A DNA stretch of 64,000 nt from an uncultured delta proteobacterium (lineage in GTDB: Bacteria > Desulfobacterota > Syntrophia > Syntrophales > Smithellaceae). Below the pieces are notes generated by a model. That model ran no database searches, had not been told where the DNA came from, and was given only the letters and a program-made list of their open reading frames with translations. The translations under genes and the position numbers were made by a program. Location: the NCBI GenBank assembly GCA_963710575.1, contig CAVQAL010000003.1:319387-383386 (forward strand), written 5' to 3'. Of the stretch, positions 27,898-37,999 are shown one piece after another (the stretch's first letter is position 1; each line of letters starts with the position of its first letter).

Positions 27898-28842
27898 TTA
27901 TTTATTTCCAATATCCTTAAGCAAAATTAATCTTGCTTTTTCCACATCCGCCGCGATCTGCTTCTTCAACATTTCGGGACTATCAAATTTGATAATTTCC
28001 CGCAACTTCTCCACAAACTCAGTATTTAGTCTTTTGCCTCTGAGATCACCGGAAAAATCAAGTAGATGAACTTCAAAAGTAAAAGTATAATCAGCAAAGG
28101 TCGGCTTCTCGCCGATATTTAGAGCCGCCATATGGCGTTTCCCATCCACATCGACAAAGGCGGCATATATGCCCGCCGGCGGAAGCAACTCTTTCTCCGG
28201 ATCTATGTTTGCCGTGGGAAAACCAAGCCCGACACCGCGACCTTTTCCCGAAACCACAATACCGGCTACATTATACCATCTTCCCAGTAAATTAGTTACA
28301 GATTTAAAATCACCTTTAATGATCAAATTCCTTACAAGCGTGCTGCTGACTATATCTTCTCCCACTTTAAAAGCATCAATAACCTCAACCGCGAAACCCA
28401 TTTCGCGTCCACAGGATATCAGATAATCGCTGTTCCCTTTTTTGCCCCGGCCGAAAGTATAATCATGGCCGATGATAATTTTTTTAATCGCCAGCTTTTG
28501 CCCGAGAAATTCCCGGACAAATTGTTCGGCGGTCACCTGGGAATAATCAAGGGAGAAAGGTATCACCAACGTTCCATCAATTCCGCAATCTTCCAGCAAT
28601 TTCAGTTTTTCTTCCAGGGTGGTGATCAGATAAAAAGGTCTGATCGCAGGATGAAGAATCATTTTGGGGTGCGGATCAAAAGTAATAATCAGCGCTTTTG
28701 TCCCTGCTATCCTTGCTTCCTCAGCAAGCTTGCGGCAAATTAACTGGTGGCTTAAATGTACGCCGTCAAAGTTGCCGATCGTGACAAACGATCCGCGAAA
28801 ATCTTCCGTTATGTTTTCTATTCCCTTAAATATAATCATCAT
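27898..28842 (-). CDS. ribF: Bifunctional riboflavin kinase / FAD synthetase
   Basis: IGNFDGVHLSH, FDPHP, VSSTLVR, LGFPTAN, FEVHLLDF. Confidence 0.95.
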   Translation of the reverse strand: MMIIFKGIENITEDFRGSFVTIGNFDGVHLSHQLICRKLAEEARIAGTKALIITFDPHPKMILHPAIRPFYLITTLEEKLKLLEDCGIDGTLVIPFSLDYSQVTAEQFVREFLGQKLAIKKIIIGHDYTFGRGKKGNSDYLISCGREMGFAVEVIDAFKVGEDIVSSTLVRNLIIKGDFKSVTNLLGRWYNVAGIVVSGKGRGVGLGFPTANIDPEKELLPPAGIYAAFVDVDGKRHMAALNIGEKPTFADYTFTFEVHLLDFSGDLRGKRLNTEFVEKLREIIKFDSPEMLKKQIAADVEKARLILLKDIGNK

Positions 28843-28914
28843 TTCCTACTAACATTTAAGATATTCAGCGAGGTAACATAACATTTTGGGAATTAAATTC
28901 AAGCTCATTTTATC

Positions 28915-28942
28915 TTGACAAGAGGAAGTTGATCGGTATAGT
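28915..28942 (+). promoter_or_regulatory. sigma70 promoter of tRNA-Leu
   Basis: TTGACA-N16-TATAGT, 14 bp before the tRNA. Confidence 0.7.
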
Positions 28943-28956
28943 GCACTCTCTCAAGT

Positions 28957-29043
28957 GCCGAAGTGGCGGAATTGGTAGACGCGCTAGGTTCAGGGTCTAG
29001 TGGGTGTACGCCTGTCCGGGTTCAAATCCCGGCTTCGGCACCA
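28957..29043 (+). tRNA. tRNA-Leu (anticodon CAG)
   Basis: GCCGAAGTGGCGGAATTGGTAGACGCG..ctagg TT CAG GG tctag, long variable arm, TTCAAAT, CCA; 87 nt. Confidence 0.97.
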
Positions 29044-29224
29044 TTTTTTTGCCCGCGTTAACTTTTAAATAATAATCATCCTTGGATTAATGCCGATGTA
29101 AGCCGGATTTACTTCATGAAGGGATTGTGAACCGGCACGTGTGACCTTCAGGTTATACACCGGTCTGCGCTACGCTCTGCTTTTTACTTGACGTCTGAAG
29201 GCAATTTCTCTATCTTGTCGGCAA

Positions 29225-29350
29225 GTAATACCATTTCGATTTCAAAGGATAACGAGGCGGCAAGGAGGATGCTCCGCAGGCGTATTATTAATACGTTGAG
29301 GAAGCTGACGACGCAGCCAACAAAGTTAGCCAAAGAAAGCGAATTGGTAT
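29225..29350 (+). repeat. Dispersed repeat family B (MITE-like), copy with terminal inverted repeat
   Basis: ataccatttcg...cgaattggtat ends; core matches 21761-21888. Confidence 0.8.
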
Positions 29351-29369
29351 AAAATCAAAACAAAGGCAA

Positions 29370-30092
29370 ATGGTAATGATTGAAAATCTGGTCAATAATT
29401 TATCTTTATATATGCAAGGTTCGGTGCTTTTAGCCTTTTTGGCCGCTTATCTGGGCGGGCTTGTGATCAGCTTTACTCCCTGTACGTATCCTTTGATTCC
29501 GGTAACCGTCGGATTTATTGGAGCGCAGGGTTCATCATCCAAACTTCGCGGATTTTTTCTTTCGCTGTTTTATGTCGGAGGAATCGCTGTTACTTACTCG
29601 ATTTTAGGCGGAGCGGCCGCTTTATCGGGCAGAATTTTCGGACAAATGCAAACGACGCCCTGGACGTATGTAATCATGGGCAATTTATGCCTTATCATGG
29701 GTCTGTCCATGCTCGATGTTTTCAGTATTTCTCTGCCCGCTCCGCAAAAACTTATTAAGTTAACCGATCATAAAAATAATAAAGGGTTTTTGAGCAGCTT
29801 CTTAATGGGCGCCGTATCCGGTGTGGTTATAGGTCCCTGCACCGCTCCCGCCCTGGCCGTTTTACTGGGTTATGTAGCTGTAAAAACGAATATTTTACTG
29901 GGCATGAGTCTGCTTTTTGTTTTCGCCGCCGGCATGGGTACATTGCTGATTATCGTCGGCACATTTGCCGGGGCTATTGCCGCCTTGCCGAAATCGGGAG
30001 AATGGATGACGAAAATAAAATTTATTTTCGGTTTGATATTAATTGGCGCGGCTGAATATTTCCTGTATACTGCTGGCGTTTTATCAATATAA
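29370..30092 (+). CDS. ccdA: CcdA/DsbD-type transmembrane disulfide reductase
   Basis: SFTPCTYPLIP and IGPCTAP Cys pair, six TM helices. Confidence 0.85.
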   Translation: MVMIENLVNNLSLYMQGSVLLAFLAAYLGGLVISFTPCTYPLIPVTVGFIGAQGSSSKLRGFFLSLFYVGGIAVTYSILGGAAALSGRIFGQMQTTPWTYVIMGNLCLIMGLSMLDVFSISLPAPQKLIKLTDHKNNKGFLSSFLMGAVSGVVIGPCTAPALAVLLGYVAVKTNILLGMSLLFVFAAGMGTLLIIVGTFAGAIAALPKSGEWMTKIKFIFGLILIGAAEYFLYTAGVLSI

Positions 30093-30107
30093 AGAAACGA
30101 GGTTTTG

Positions 30108-30614
30108 ATGAATAAAAAAATATTATTAGTTTTGACGATCTTGCTTATCTGCGTTCCCTGCGCTCTATCATTCGGACAATACAGATCAAGTGTTTTTTCT
30201 AAACAGAAAAAATTTCCGGCGCCGGATTTTTCACTCAATGATATTCAGGGCAAGACATTTAAACTGAGCAGTCAGAGGGGAAATCCGGTGGTAATTTTTT
30301 TCGGCGCCACCTGGTGTCCCGCCTGCCGCGGAGAGATGCCTTTCTATAAAGCCCTTTATGAAAAATACTCGGGGCGCGGATTGATATTTCTTTATATCGA
30401 CATAAACGAATCCAGCAAAAAAGTGGCGTATTTTGCCAAAGAAAATTCATTCCCTTATCGTGTCTTGCTGGATTCAGACGGAAGTGTTGCCAACGACTAC
30501 AACCTTGTCGGCATACCGACATTAATTCTCGTAGATAAGGAAGGAAATATCATCGGTATAAGTCATCAGGTATCGGATTTGCCGCTGGATGCGATTTTTC
30601 CCGCTAAAAAATAA
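30108..30614 (+). CDS. TlpA/ResA-like thioredoxin
   Basis: APDFSL, FGATWCPAC, cis-Pro GIPT. Confidence 0.88.
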   Translation: MNKKILLVLTILLICVPCALSFGQYRSSVFSKQKKFPAPDFSLNDIQGKTFKLSSQRGNPVVIFFGATWCPACRGEMPFYKALYEKYSGRGLIFLYIDINESSKKVAYFAKENSFPYRVLLDSDGSVANDYNLVGIPTLILVDKEGNIIGISHQVSDLPLDAIFPAKK

Positions 30615-30684
30615 AACGGTAGAATTTATAAAAATCAGTATAAATAAAAAATCGAACCCGTAAAATCATTGTGAGGAAAAAGCA

Positions 30685-30906
30685 ATGACAGAGAAAAACT
30701 GGCTGCAAGCTTTCACAAAATCGGAGAGAGACCATTGGCTGGGCGGCATTTGCGGCGGGTTAGGCGAAACCACTCCTCTTCCTTCCTGGGCCTGGCGTCT
30801 GTTGTTCGTTTTACTCTTCGCGATAACTTATGGTATGGGATTATTCATATACATTTTACTTTGGATATTCGTCCCGGCCAAATCAAAAACAGAGGATCAG
30901 CAATGA
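30685..30906 (+). CDS. PspC-domain membrane protein
   Basis: DHWLGGICGGLG..WRLLFVL..YILLWIFVP. Confidence 0.85.
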   Translation: MTEKNWLQAFTKSERDHWLGGICGGLGETTPLPSWAWRLLFVLLFAITYGMGLFIYILLWIFVPAKSKTEDQQ

Positions 30907-31568
30907 AATTAAAAAATGATATTTACGTTTACGAATGGACAAATCCTTATGAGAATAACTGCAATAGTTACTATATAGGCGGCGGCGTACAGGCATTAAT
31001 TGATCCGGGCCTGACCGGTTATGTGCCCAATTTGCTCGATCAGATGTCTGCTGACGGAATCAAGAAAGAAGATATTCGTTACGTTATCAACACCCATTCG
31101 CACCCCGACCATTTTCAGGGCTCTGAAGTTTTTGATCAGGAGAAGATCAAGGTTGGCCTGCATACAAAAGAAATCGAATTTTTAAAAGGAGCAGGCGGTG
31201 AACTCTACAGCCTTTTCGGAATCAATGCCCCAAGAATGAATGTAAATTTCCCGCTGGAAGAGGGTGATGTAGTTTTAGGAGACCAGACATTTAAAATAAT
31301 GCTTGCCCCCGGACATTCGCCCGGTTCTATCGGCCTTTACTGGCCTGGACAAAAAACTTTATTCTGCGGCGATGTAATTTTTGATCAAAGTGTCGGGCGC
31401 ACCGATTTTCCCGGCGGAAAAGGCGCTCTATTAAAGAAAAGCATTCTTGCATTTTCTAAACTTGATCTGGAGTTGATTCTTCCCGGACATATGGGCATCA
31501 TCTCCGGCAAAAACAACATTCAGAATAATTTTAATCTGATCATTCAGGGTATATTCCCTTACATTTAG
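30903..31568 (+). CDS. Metallo-beta-lactamase-fold hydrolase
   Basis: THSHPDH, PGHSPGS, FCGD, PGH. Confidence 0.9.
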   Translation: MKLKNDIYVYEWTNPYENNCNSYYIGGGVQALIDPGLTGYVPNLLDQMSADGIKKEDIRYVINTHSHPDHFQGSEVFDQEKIKVGLHTKEIEFLKGAGGELYSLFGINAPRMNVNFPLEEGDVVLGDQTFKIMLAPGHSPGSIGLYWPGQKTLFCGDVIFDQSVGRTDFPGGKGALLKKSILAFSKLDLELILPGHMGIISGKNNIQNNFNLIIQGIFPYI

Positions 31569-31596
31569 AATCAGACTCACGGAGAACAAGCTTTTT

Positions 31597-33282
31597 ATGG
31601 CCAATGAAGTAAATAAAGTAATTTACTCCATGATCGGGGTAAGTAAAATTTATGAAAAAAAGCCGGTGCTCAAAGACATTTATCTGTCTTATTTTTACGG
31701 CGCAAAAATCGGTGTTATCGGTTTAAACGGTTCGGGAAAAAGTTCCCTTTTAAAAATTCTTTCCGGTGTCGATACTGATTATCTCGGCAAGACAATCCTT
31801 TCCGCGGGTTATACCGTGGGCTATCTGGAGCAGGAACCGCGTCTGGACGAATCCAAGAGCGTGCGGCAAATCGTGGAACAAGGTGTGCAAAGCACCATGG
31901 ATTTGATTCACGAATACAATGAAATAAATGAAAAATTTGCCGAGCCGATGTCGGATGACGAGATGACGAAACTCTGCGACAGGCAAGCCGCCGTGCAGGA
32001 AAAATTGGACGCGCTTGACGCATGGGATATAGATTCACGGCTGGAAATGGCGATGGACGCTCTGCGCTGCCCACCCGGCGATACACAGGTAAAAGTTCTC
32101 TCCGGCGGTGAAAGACGCCGCGTTGCTTTGTGCCGTCTGCTTTTGCAAAAGCCGGACATTTTGCTTCTGGATGAACCGACCAACCATCTGGATGCCGAAT
32201 CTGTCGCCTGGCTGGAACATCACCTGCAAAAATATGAAGGCACCATTATTGCCGTTACTCACGATCGATATTTTCTGGATAATGTTGCCGGCTGGATTTT
32301 GGAGCTCGACCGCGGCCAGGGCATTCCCTGGCAAGGGAACTATTCTTCCTGGCTGGAACAAAAACAAACCCGCCTGAAGAATGAAGAAAAGGTGGAAGGG
32401 GAAAGAATAAAAACCCTGGAGCGCGAACTGGAATGGATTCGTATGTCACCCAAAGGCAGGCACGCCAAATCCAAGGCGCGCATTAACGCTTACGAAGAGT
32501 TGCTGGGAAAGAATCAGGAAAAGGAATCCGGCACACGCGAAATCTTTATTGCTCCCGGTCCGCGCCTGGGCGATCTGGTAATAGAAGCGCAAGATGTCAA
32601 TAAAGCTTACGGTGAAAAGCTCCTTGTGGAAGGCATGACCTTTGCTCTTCCGCCCGGTGGCATTGTCGGTGTTATCGGTCCCAATGGCGCGGGCAAGACC
32701 ACGCTGTTCCGCATGATTACCAGACAGGAAAAGCCGGATTCGGGCACAATCAGGATTGGCGATACGGTGAAGCTTGCCTATATTGATCAGAGCCGTGATG
32801 CGCTCGATCCCAATAAAAATATCTGGGAGATGATTTCCGATGGACAGGATATCGTTGCCATTGGAACGAGGCAGATCAATTCCCGTGCGTATGTTTCGCG
32901 ATTTAATTTTTCCGGCACCGATCAGCAAAAAAAGGTCGGGACGCTCTCCGGCGGTGAACGCAACCGCGTTCATCTGGCACGCATGCTAAAAGAGGGGGCC
33001 AATGTGCTTCTGCTCGATGAACCGACAAACGATCTGGATGTCAACACCCTGCGGGCGCTGGAAGACGCGTTGGATAATTTTGCCGGCTGTGTTGTCGTCA
33101 TCAGCCATGATCGCTGGTTTCTAGACAGAATCTGCACGCACATTCTGGCGTTTGAAGGCGAAAGTAAGACTCTCTTGTTTGACGGCAATTATTCCGAATA
33201 CGAAGAAGACCGCAAGAGAAGATTGGGCGCCGCCGCTAATCAACCCCACCGCATAAAATATCGCCAGTTGACCCGCCGATAA
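31597..33282 (+). CDS. ettA: Energy-dependent translational throttle ABC-F ATPase
   Basis: YFYGAKIGVIGLNGSGKS, two ABC domains, ELEWIRMSPKGRHAKSKAR. Confidence 0.93.
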   Translation: MANEVNKVIYSMIGVSKIYEKKPVLKDIYLSYFYGAKIGVIGLNGSGKSSLLKILSGVDTDYLGKTILSAGYTVGYLEQEPRLDESKSVRQIVEQGVQSTMDLIHEYNEINEKFAEPMSDDEMTKLCDRQAAVQEKLDALDAWDIDSRLEMAMDALRCPPGDTQVKVLSGGERRRVALCRLLLQKPDILLLDEPTNHLDAESVAWLEHHLQKYEGTIIAVTHDRYFLDNVAGWILELDRGQGIPWQGNYSSWLEQKQTRLKNEEKVEGERIKTLERELEWIRMSPKGRHAKSKARINAYEELLGKNQEKESGTREIFIAPGPRLGDLVIEAQDVNKAYGEKLLVEGMTFALPPGGIVGVIGPNGAGKTTLFRMITRQEKPDSGTIRIGDTVKLAYIDQSRDALDPNKNIWEMISDGQDIVAIGTRQINSRAYVSRFNFSGTDQQKKVGTLSGGERNRVHLARMLKEGANVLLLDEPTNDLDVNTLRALEDALDNFAGCVVVISHDRWFLDRICTHILAFEGESKTLLFDGNYSEYEEDRKRRLGAAANQPHRIKYRQLTRR

Positions 33283-33420
33283 GCGGGACAGTTTCCAATA
33301 GCCAAATGGCGTTGGATAATTCGACTTACAAAGTTCAGTTCACTTTGCTCCTGAATTTTGAGTCTCATTACAACTAACAAATTTCCGTTTACTACGTAAC
33401 TGCAATTTGAGTTTCACTGC
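33275..33420 (+). repeat. Dispersed repeat family A, copy
   Basis: gcggga..ccaatagcc..ttggataattcgact..ttcacttt..agtctcattacaact..gagtttca. Confidence 0.7.
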
Positions 33421-33528
33421 CGCCGCCAGCCAGCCCCACAGGATAAAGTACCGGCAACTCACCAGAAGATAGCACCCCTTCTAAAGGAAGTTTTTGCCAT
33501 GCTGGAGAAAATTACCGGCTGAAGCGAT

Positions 33529-33984
33529 TTACTGTCGGGCTTTGCCGCTGATTTCCAGTATGCACACACGAAGAACCAGAGTTTTTTGCAGAATTTTTTC
33601 TGAAAAATCCCAAGCGCCGCTTCCGTACTGACGCATAATACATTCCAGCGCTTCTTTTTTAGCTTCCAGCTCATCTATTATTTCCGCCGTGCCTGATCCT
33701 ATGACACTCTCGTATTTCGCTCCCCATTTGCAGGCCTGCTGTGCTGTTACAATATCATGAAGAATATCAAACTCGAAACTTACACGATTATTTTTCTTGA
33801 TAATGTCAATTTTTCTTCCCTCAGGCGCGGTGTGTAAGTAGAGAAAGCGGCCATCGTAACCAAAATTGAGAGGAACAATATAAGGCTGACCATCGTCACA
33901 CAAGGCAAGACGACAAACCCGGCAGCGTTTTATGACGCCGTCAATATCTTTTCTGTCTTTTATTTCTCTCTCATTACGACGCAT
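33529..33984 (-). CDS. Pyridoxamine 5'-phosphate oxidase-like flavin-binding protein (NimA-like)
   Basis: CRLALCDDGQPYIVPLNFGY..YLHTA..GRK, YESVIGSG. Confidence 0.85.
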   Translation of the reverse strand: MRRNEREIKDRKDIDGVIKRCRVCRLALCDDGQPYIVPLNFGYDGRFLYLHTAPEGRKIDIIKKNNRVSFEFDILHDIVTAQQACKWGAKYESVIGSGTAEIIDELEAKKEALECIMRQYGSGAWDFSEKILQKTLVLRVCILEISGKARQ

Positions 33985-34028
33985 TCTTTTTCTCCAATTC
34001 GAGATCTCTGCAACCGGTCGTTCGGCAA

Positions 34029-34832
34029 TCATTTGTTTCCAACGGCCTTAAAGAACGTGTAACAGAAAACCCCTTCTGCCTCTGTGGTTCGATATAAATC
34101 TTTTATTCCCTGATCAAAATCGTGTGGTTCAATTATTCCTGCCTGGAGTGCCGATTCACGGACACCTTCTGTCATAGCCGTGAATGTCTTTTTCGTGAAC
34201 CCTTCGACCAGTTCTGGCTTGCTGGAATCAACGTAAACCATTCGTGGAGATACATGAACGGATTTAAAGCCTGCCTGACGCAACAGAGGATACAGTTCTC
34301 TTCCTATCATGGCATTGCCGCCGGCCCGCCGTTGCAGTTCAATCTGACACTGAATCGCTTTATGCGCTGCATCGCTCTCCGGATGAAAATAGACAGAGCC
34401 ATGATCTCCTTCAATAACCGTAATCGTGCCGCCTTCCCTCAAATATTCTTTTAACGCATTGAGCGCCTGGACCGGCCGGGAGAGATGTTCCAGAACGAAA
34501 CAAACAAAAATATGATCGAAAAATTCCGGCACAAAAGGCAGATTGAAAATATCCGCCTTTTCAAAGTAAACATTAGTCACGCCCGCCGCCGCTGCCTTTT
34601 TCCTGGCTTCAATAAGAGAGGTCTCGGATATATCGACAGAAGTAATCAACGCATCCGGACTGTTTTTCGCGAGGGCGACAGTTTGCGCACCGACGCCGCA
34701 ACCGGCTTCCAAAACACGGCTTCCCGCCGGATACGAGGTGTCGGAGTGCAGTAGCTCCAACAAAGTAGAGGCCTGATCCTGCAACCGTATATTTTCCCGA
34801 TGATCGTAACCGTGAACGTATGCTTTTTTCAT
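34029..34832 (-). CDS. Class I SAM-dependent methyltransferase
   Basis: VLEAGCGVG, VDIS, FDHIFVCFVLEH. Confidence 0.9.
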   Translation of the reverse strand: MKKAYVHGYDHRENIRLQDQASTLLELLHSDTSYPAGSRVLEAGCGVGAQTVALAKNSPDALITSVDISETSLIEARKKAAAAGVTNVYFEKADIFNLPFVPEFFDHIFVCFVLEHLSRPVQALNALKEYLREGGTITVIEGDHGSVYFHPESDAAHKAIQCQIELQRRAGGNAMIGRELYPLLRQAGFKSVHVSPRMVYVDSSKPELVEGFTKKTFTAMTEGVRESALQAGIIEPHDFDQGIKDLYRTTEAEGVFCYTFFKAVGNK

Positions 34833-34873
34833 GCTTCCCCTTTCGTGATGGATGCGGATTTCGCAACCCTGTG

Positions 34874-35299
34874 TCAGGCATCCTTTGCTCGAGGTGATTG
34901 TATAATCATTTGAGTCTGAATAACTACAGCAACAAGTTGTTCTCGGGAGTCTTGAACCTCCGTATATAGCAGCATAAGCGTACGTCCTTTATTAAGTAAC
35001 TTACTTCTTGCCGTTAATGTCTCACCTAGTTTGCCGTGACGAATCATGTTGGTTTTAGATTCTATGGTAGTCGTTCTTGAGTTTGGCGGCAGATTTAAAA
35101 ATGAACAGATGGCACCCATGGTATCCGCAAAAGCCATAATAGCACCGCCATGTGCAACCTTACCAATTGTGCAAAGATTTTCTTTTATTTCCAGAGTGCC
35201 CACTACTTCTTCCGTTGTCGCTTTAATTACTTGCATACCTAAATATCCGAGCAACAGATTACTAAATGCTTCTTGAATCATTTTAATTATATCTTCCAT
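34874..35299 (-). CDS. PaaI-family hot-dog thioesterase
   Basis: AHGGAIMAFADT, TTIESKTN. Confidence 0.88.
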   Translation of the reverse strand: MEDIIKMIQEAFSNLLLGYLGMQVIKATTEEVVGTLEIKENLCTIGKVAHGGAIMAFADTMGAICSFLNLPPNSRTTTIESKTNMIRHGKLGETLTARSKLLNKGRTLMLLYTEVQDSREQLVAVVIQTQMIIQSPRAKDA

Positions 35300-35449
35300 A
35301 TGCACACCTTTTTTGTTCAAAAATGTAAGGCAACACGATTTATTAGTCAAGCTGATTATGGCGTATAATCAAACTGATTGCAATTTGACAAACAAGCTTA
35401 TCAATTGTATGAACTGAAGCCGGAAGAAATTTTATTATGGGAAAATAAT

Positions 35450-35779
35450 ATGCCTGTTTATTTACAAATACTACTGCTGGTTGCCGCCTTTGTTGCCATT
35501 GTTGTCCTGATTCTTTACATGGGTGGTTTGGCTGTTCAGAAGACATGTTTAAAAATTATCGCCGAAATGGAAGAAGCCAGAGCCTTTAAAGAAGCGAGGG
35601 CTGTTGCTATTCAAGATGAACGGAAAAATTTCTTCCGCGTGGGAGTTAAAAACATTCGCCCCAAAGCGCTGAACCTGCTGATTGCTGATGGTCTGGTAAT
35701 CAAAACAAATAACGGGAAATATTATCTGGATAAAGAAAAACTCTCTCAGGCTAAAGCTCAGCTAAAAATTAATTCCTGA
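35450..35779 (+). CDS. Hypothetical membrane-anchored protein
   Basis: N-terminal TM helix; start estimated. Confidence 0.6.
   Translation: MPVYLQILLLVAAFVAIVVLILYMGGLAVQKTCLKIIAEMEEARAFKEARAVAIQDERKNFFRVGVKNIRPKALNLLIADGLVIKTNNGKYYLDKEKLSQAKAQLKINS
35711..35764 (+). repeat. Direct repeat, copy 1 (3' end of the 35450 gene)
   Basis: aacgggaaatattatctggataaagaaaaactctctcaggctaaagctcagcta. Confidence 0.8.
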
Positions 35780-35865
35780 AAAGATTTTTATGTTCTTGAG
35801 AGAAGAGGTTTGTTTTCCCTAATAGCAACCGCATCTCCATCAATTCTTCTGTCGGGTTTATTGTA

Positions 35866-36834
35866 TTATAAACGGATCTTGTCCGCGTCATATATTGCTT
35901 CGTTCTTTTCCAGGAGGCGGAGTTTATCGTAATCAACTAATTGCTCTGTCGGAATATAATGAGAAGATGTCCACGCGGATGTTTTCACCGTCGAATTGGC
36001 GCGTAATTTACCAATTCCGCCAAGACAGTAACGGCACGAGTTCAGCGGTTCTTTAGACAATAGATAATTTTTAAGTATATCCTGAAAATTGGAATCGCCG
36101 GTAATCCGAATACCGTCTTTTTTGTAATCATGGGCAGCGGATTGATCAATAATTCTTGGAATATATATACACTGAGCACACTTGAAAAAATATCCCTCGT
36201 AGATTGAATGACACCCCCAAATACGTGCTCTTAAACACGTTCTGTATATACACCTTATGAGCGACATATCACTCGTTCCGATCAGCGAAAATGGAATCCG
36301 GAAATTTTCATAAAGAATCATGGTGAGCTTGACCTTGTGCTTTTCGGCATTTTGCCGAATGACCGGCATATGCATATCCAGCATCTTTCTTGTTTCCGGA
36401 TAGACGGAAAGTTCAACCTCATCAAGTACCTCCCAAATATCACTGCCCATTTGATGCAAAAGCATTCCATTGGTAACAAGAAAAATATGATTGCATATGC
36501 CGCTTTTACGGCCGGCGCGAATTACAGAAAGCAAGTCCGGATGCAGCAGCGGCTCCCCGCCGATAATTTTCAGCGCTTGGGCTTTGTACGATTTGGACAA
36601 AAGCGAAAGATCGCGAAAAACAATATCAGGATCGGCAAATTTTGGAACCATCGCGGGCGCTGCGTGATCGCAATCAGTACATCTGCGATTACAGTGATCG
36701 ACCACGTTTATTTCAAAACTGTATGGCGGAGCAATTTTGCCGTCAACGATACGGAAGCAGCGCCAGTCATCCGGAGTCTTAGTAACAGCGGGTCTTAAAA
36801 ATGACCTGAAGGACGAAAATAATTTGTTGACCAT
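35866..36834 (-). CDS. Radical SAM protein of unknown function
   Basis: HCNRRCTDC, GGEPLLHP, LVTNG, Cys-rich C-terminus. Confidence 0.88.
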   Translation of the reverse strand: MVNKLFSSFRSFLRPAVTKTPDDWRCFRIVDGKIAPPYSFEINVVDHCNRRCTDCDHAAPAMVPKFADPDIVFRDLSLLSKSYKAQALKIIGGEPLLHPDLLSVIRAGRKSGICNHIFLVTNGMLLHQMGSDIWEVLDEVELSVYPETRKMLDMHMPVIRQNAEKHKVKLTMILYENFRIPFSLIGTSDMSLIRCIYRTCLRARIWGCHSIYEGYFFKCAQCIYIPRIIDQSAAHDYKKDGIRITGDSNFQDILKNYLLSKEPLNSCRYCLGGIGKLRANSTVKTSAWTSSHYIPTEQLVDYDKLRLLEKNEAIYDADKIRL

Positions 36835-36988
36835 AATTGCAATAAAGTCCCTTGGCTATCTGCTTTCGATGAATTGTTTTTTTCACAGCTACTGAAAATG
36901 TATAAGACATGAACGTTTGTCATGTCAATGAAATACCGACAAAAAAATGCGGAAAAAACATAGATCAAATTAATTGAAATTCACGATG

Positions 36989-37042
36989 AACAGGAAATAT
37001 TATCTGGACAAAGAAAAACTCGCACAGGCCAAAACTCAATTA
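36989..37042 (+). repeat. Direct repeat, copy 2
   Basis: aacaggaaatattatctggacaaagaaaaactcgcacaggccaaaactcaatta. Confidence 0.8.
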
Positions 37043-37118
37043 GGTTCTTAATTTAAAGACGAAAAATACTTTGTTTTTATTTTAACACTGCGTCACCTGA
37101 GCATAAGTGAGCTGAAAG

Positions 37119-37874
37119 TTATCTGATCTTTTTAGTTTTATAACGTGAAATCTTTTCAAGTGTGGCTTTTACTAATCCGTCATGTCCCACTTTATAATAG
37201 TCCAAATAACCAATCGTTGAGGTAATACCTGGAATCTCAGTTTCATCCAATTTAACTGGAAGAATATACTCTCTATTCTCCATAAGCGCCCTTGCTTGGG
37301 CCGATTTACGCTCGTGGTTTGTCCAAACTTTAGTTGCATAATGTCTTGATAAAAAGATTATACAGAAATGTGCTTTTAATCGATATATGGTGTCAAATGT
37401 ATCATAAAGGTTGGTTCCCCAAAGATCAACCTCTTCAAAGTCAGCATAGAATATTTTGAGACCGTGATTCTTAACCGCTTCAGCGTATGACTGCACAATT
37501 AATCTGTCTTCTCCAGCAAAGGAAATAGCTAAATCATATTGAACTTCTTGAGGACGAGATAAAACATTTGCTTCTGGTTTTGCAGTACGTATTTTTTCGA
37601 TACCTATTTGCGGTCGTTCTAATACACCAAGCCCTTTACATGTTGGACAGATAGATCCTTGCGAAAATAAATCGGCAAGGTCAACCCCTGTTATTATTCC
37701 GCGGCCACCACAAAATTTACACGTCGTTAATTTTTCCGGAGGCACATTTAGATCAAACTCGCCAGCCCCTTTGCAGGAAGGGCAAGGCTTTCTACCTTGA
37801 CTTAGAATATTACTAAAGGGGTCGTTAGTCAGAATTGAGCCACTACCACCGCAAATCTTACACTTTATTATCAA
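37119..37874 (-). CDS. DnaJ-type zinc finger fused to a TIR domain
   Basis: Four CxxCxGxG motifs; YDLAISFAGEDR, IIFLSRHY, WTNHER, YILPV; TTG start. Confidence 0.85.
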   Translation of the reverse strand: MIIKCKICGGSGSILTNDPFSNILSQGRKPCPSCKGAGEFDLNVPPEKLTTCKFCGGRGIITGVDLADLFSQGSICPTCKGLGVLERPQIGIEKIRTAKPEANVLSRPQEVQYDLAISFAGEDRLIVQSYAEAVKNHGLKIFYADFEEVDLWGTNLYDTFDTIYRLKAHFCIIFLSRHYATKVWTNHERKSAQARALMENREYILPVKLDETEIPGITSTIGYLDYYKVGHDGLVKATLEKISRYKTKKIR

Positions 37875-37999
37875 TATTCATCCTTATATGGCAATTATTA
37901 ATAAGTATTAAAATACTGTCTTTGCTTTTTTTGATACTTTGGATGCAAAAAAAATAACATAACTTTCTGATTTTCAAAAGCAAAAAAATCAATTTTTAG

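Noticed and set aside
29044-29369. Genomic island at tRNA-Leu
   Set aside because: No integrase and no duplicated tRNA 3' end; only short repeats follow
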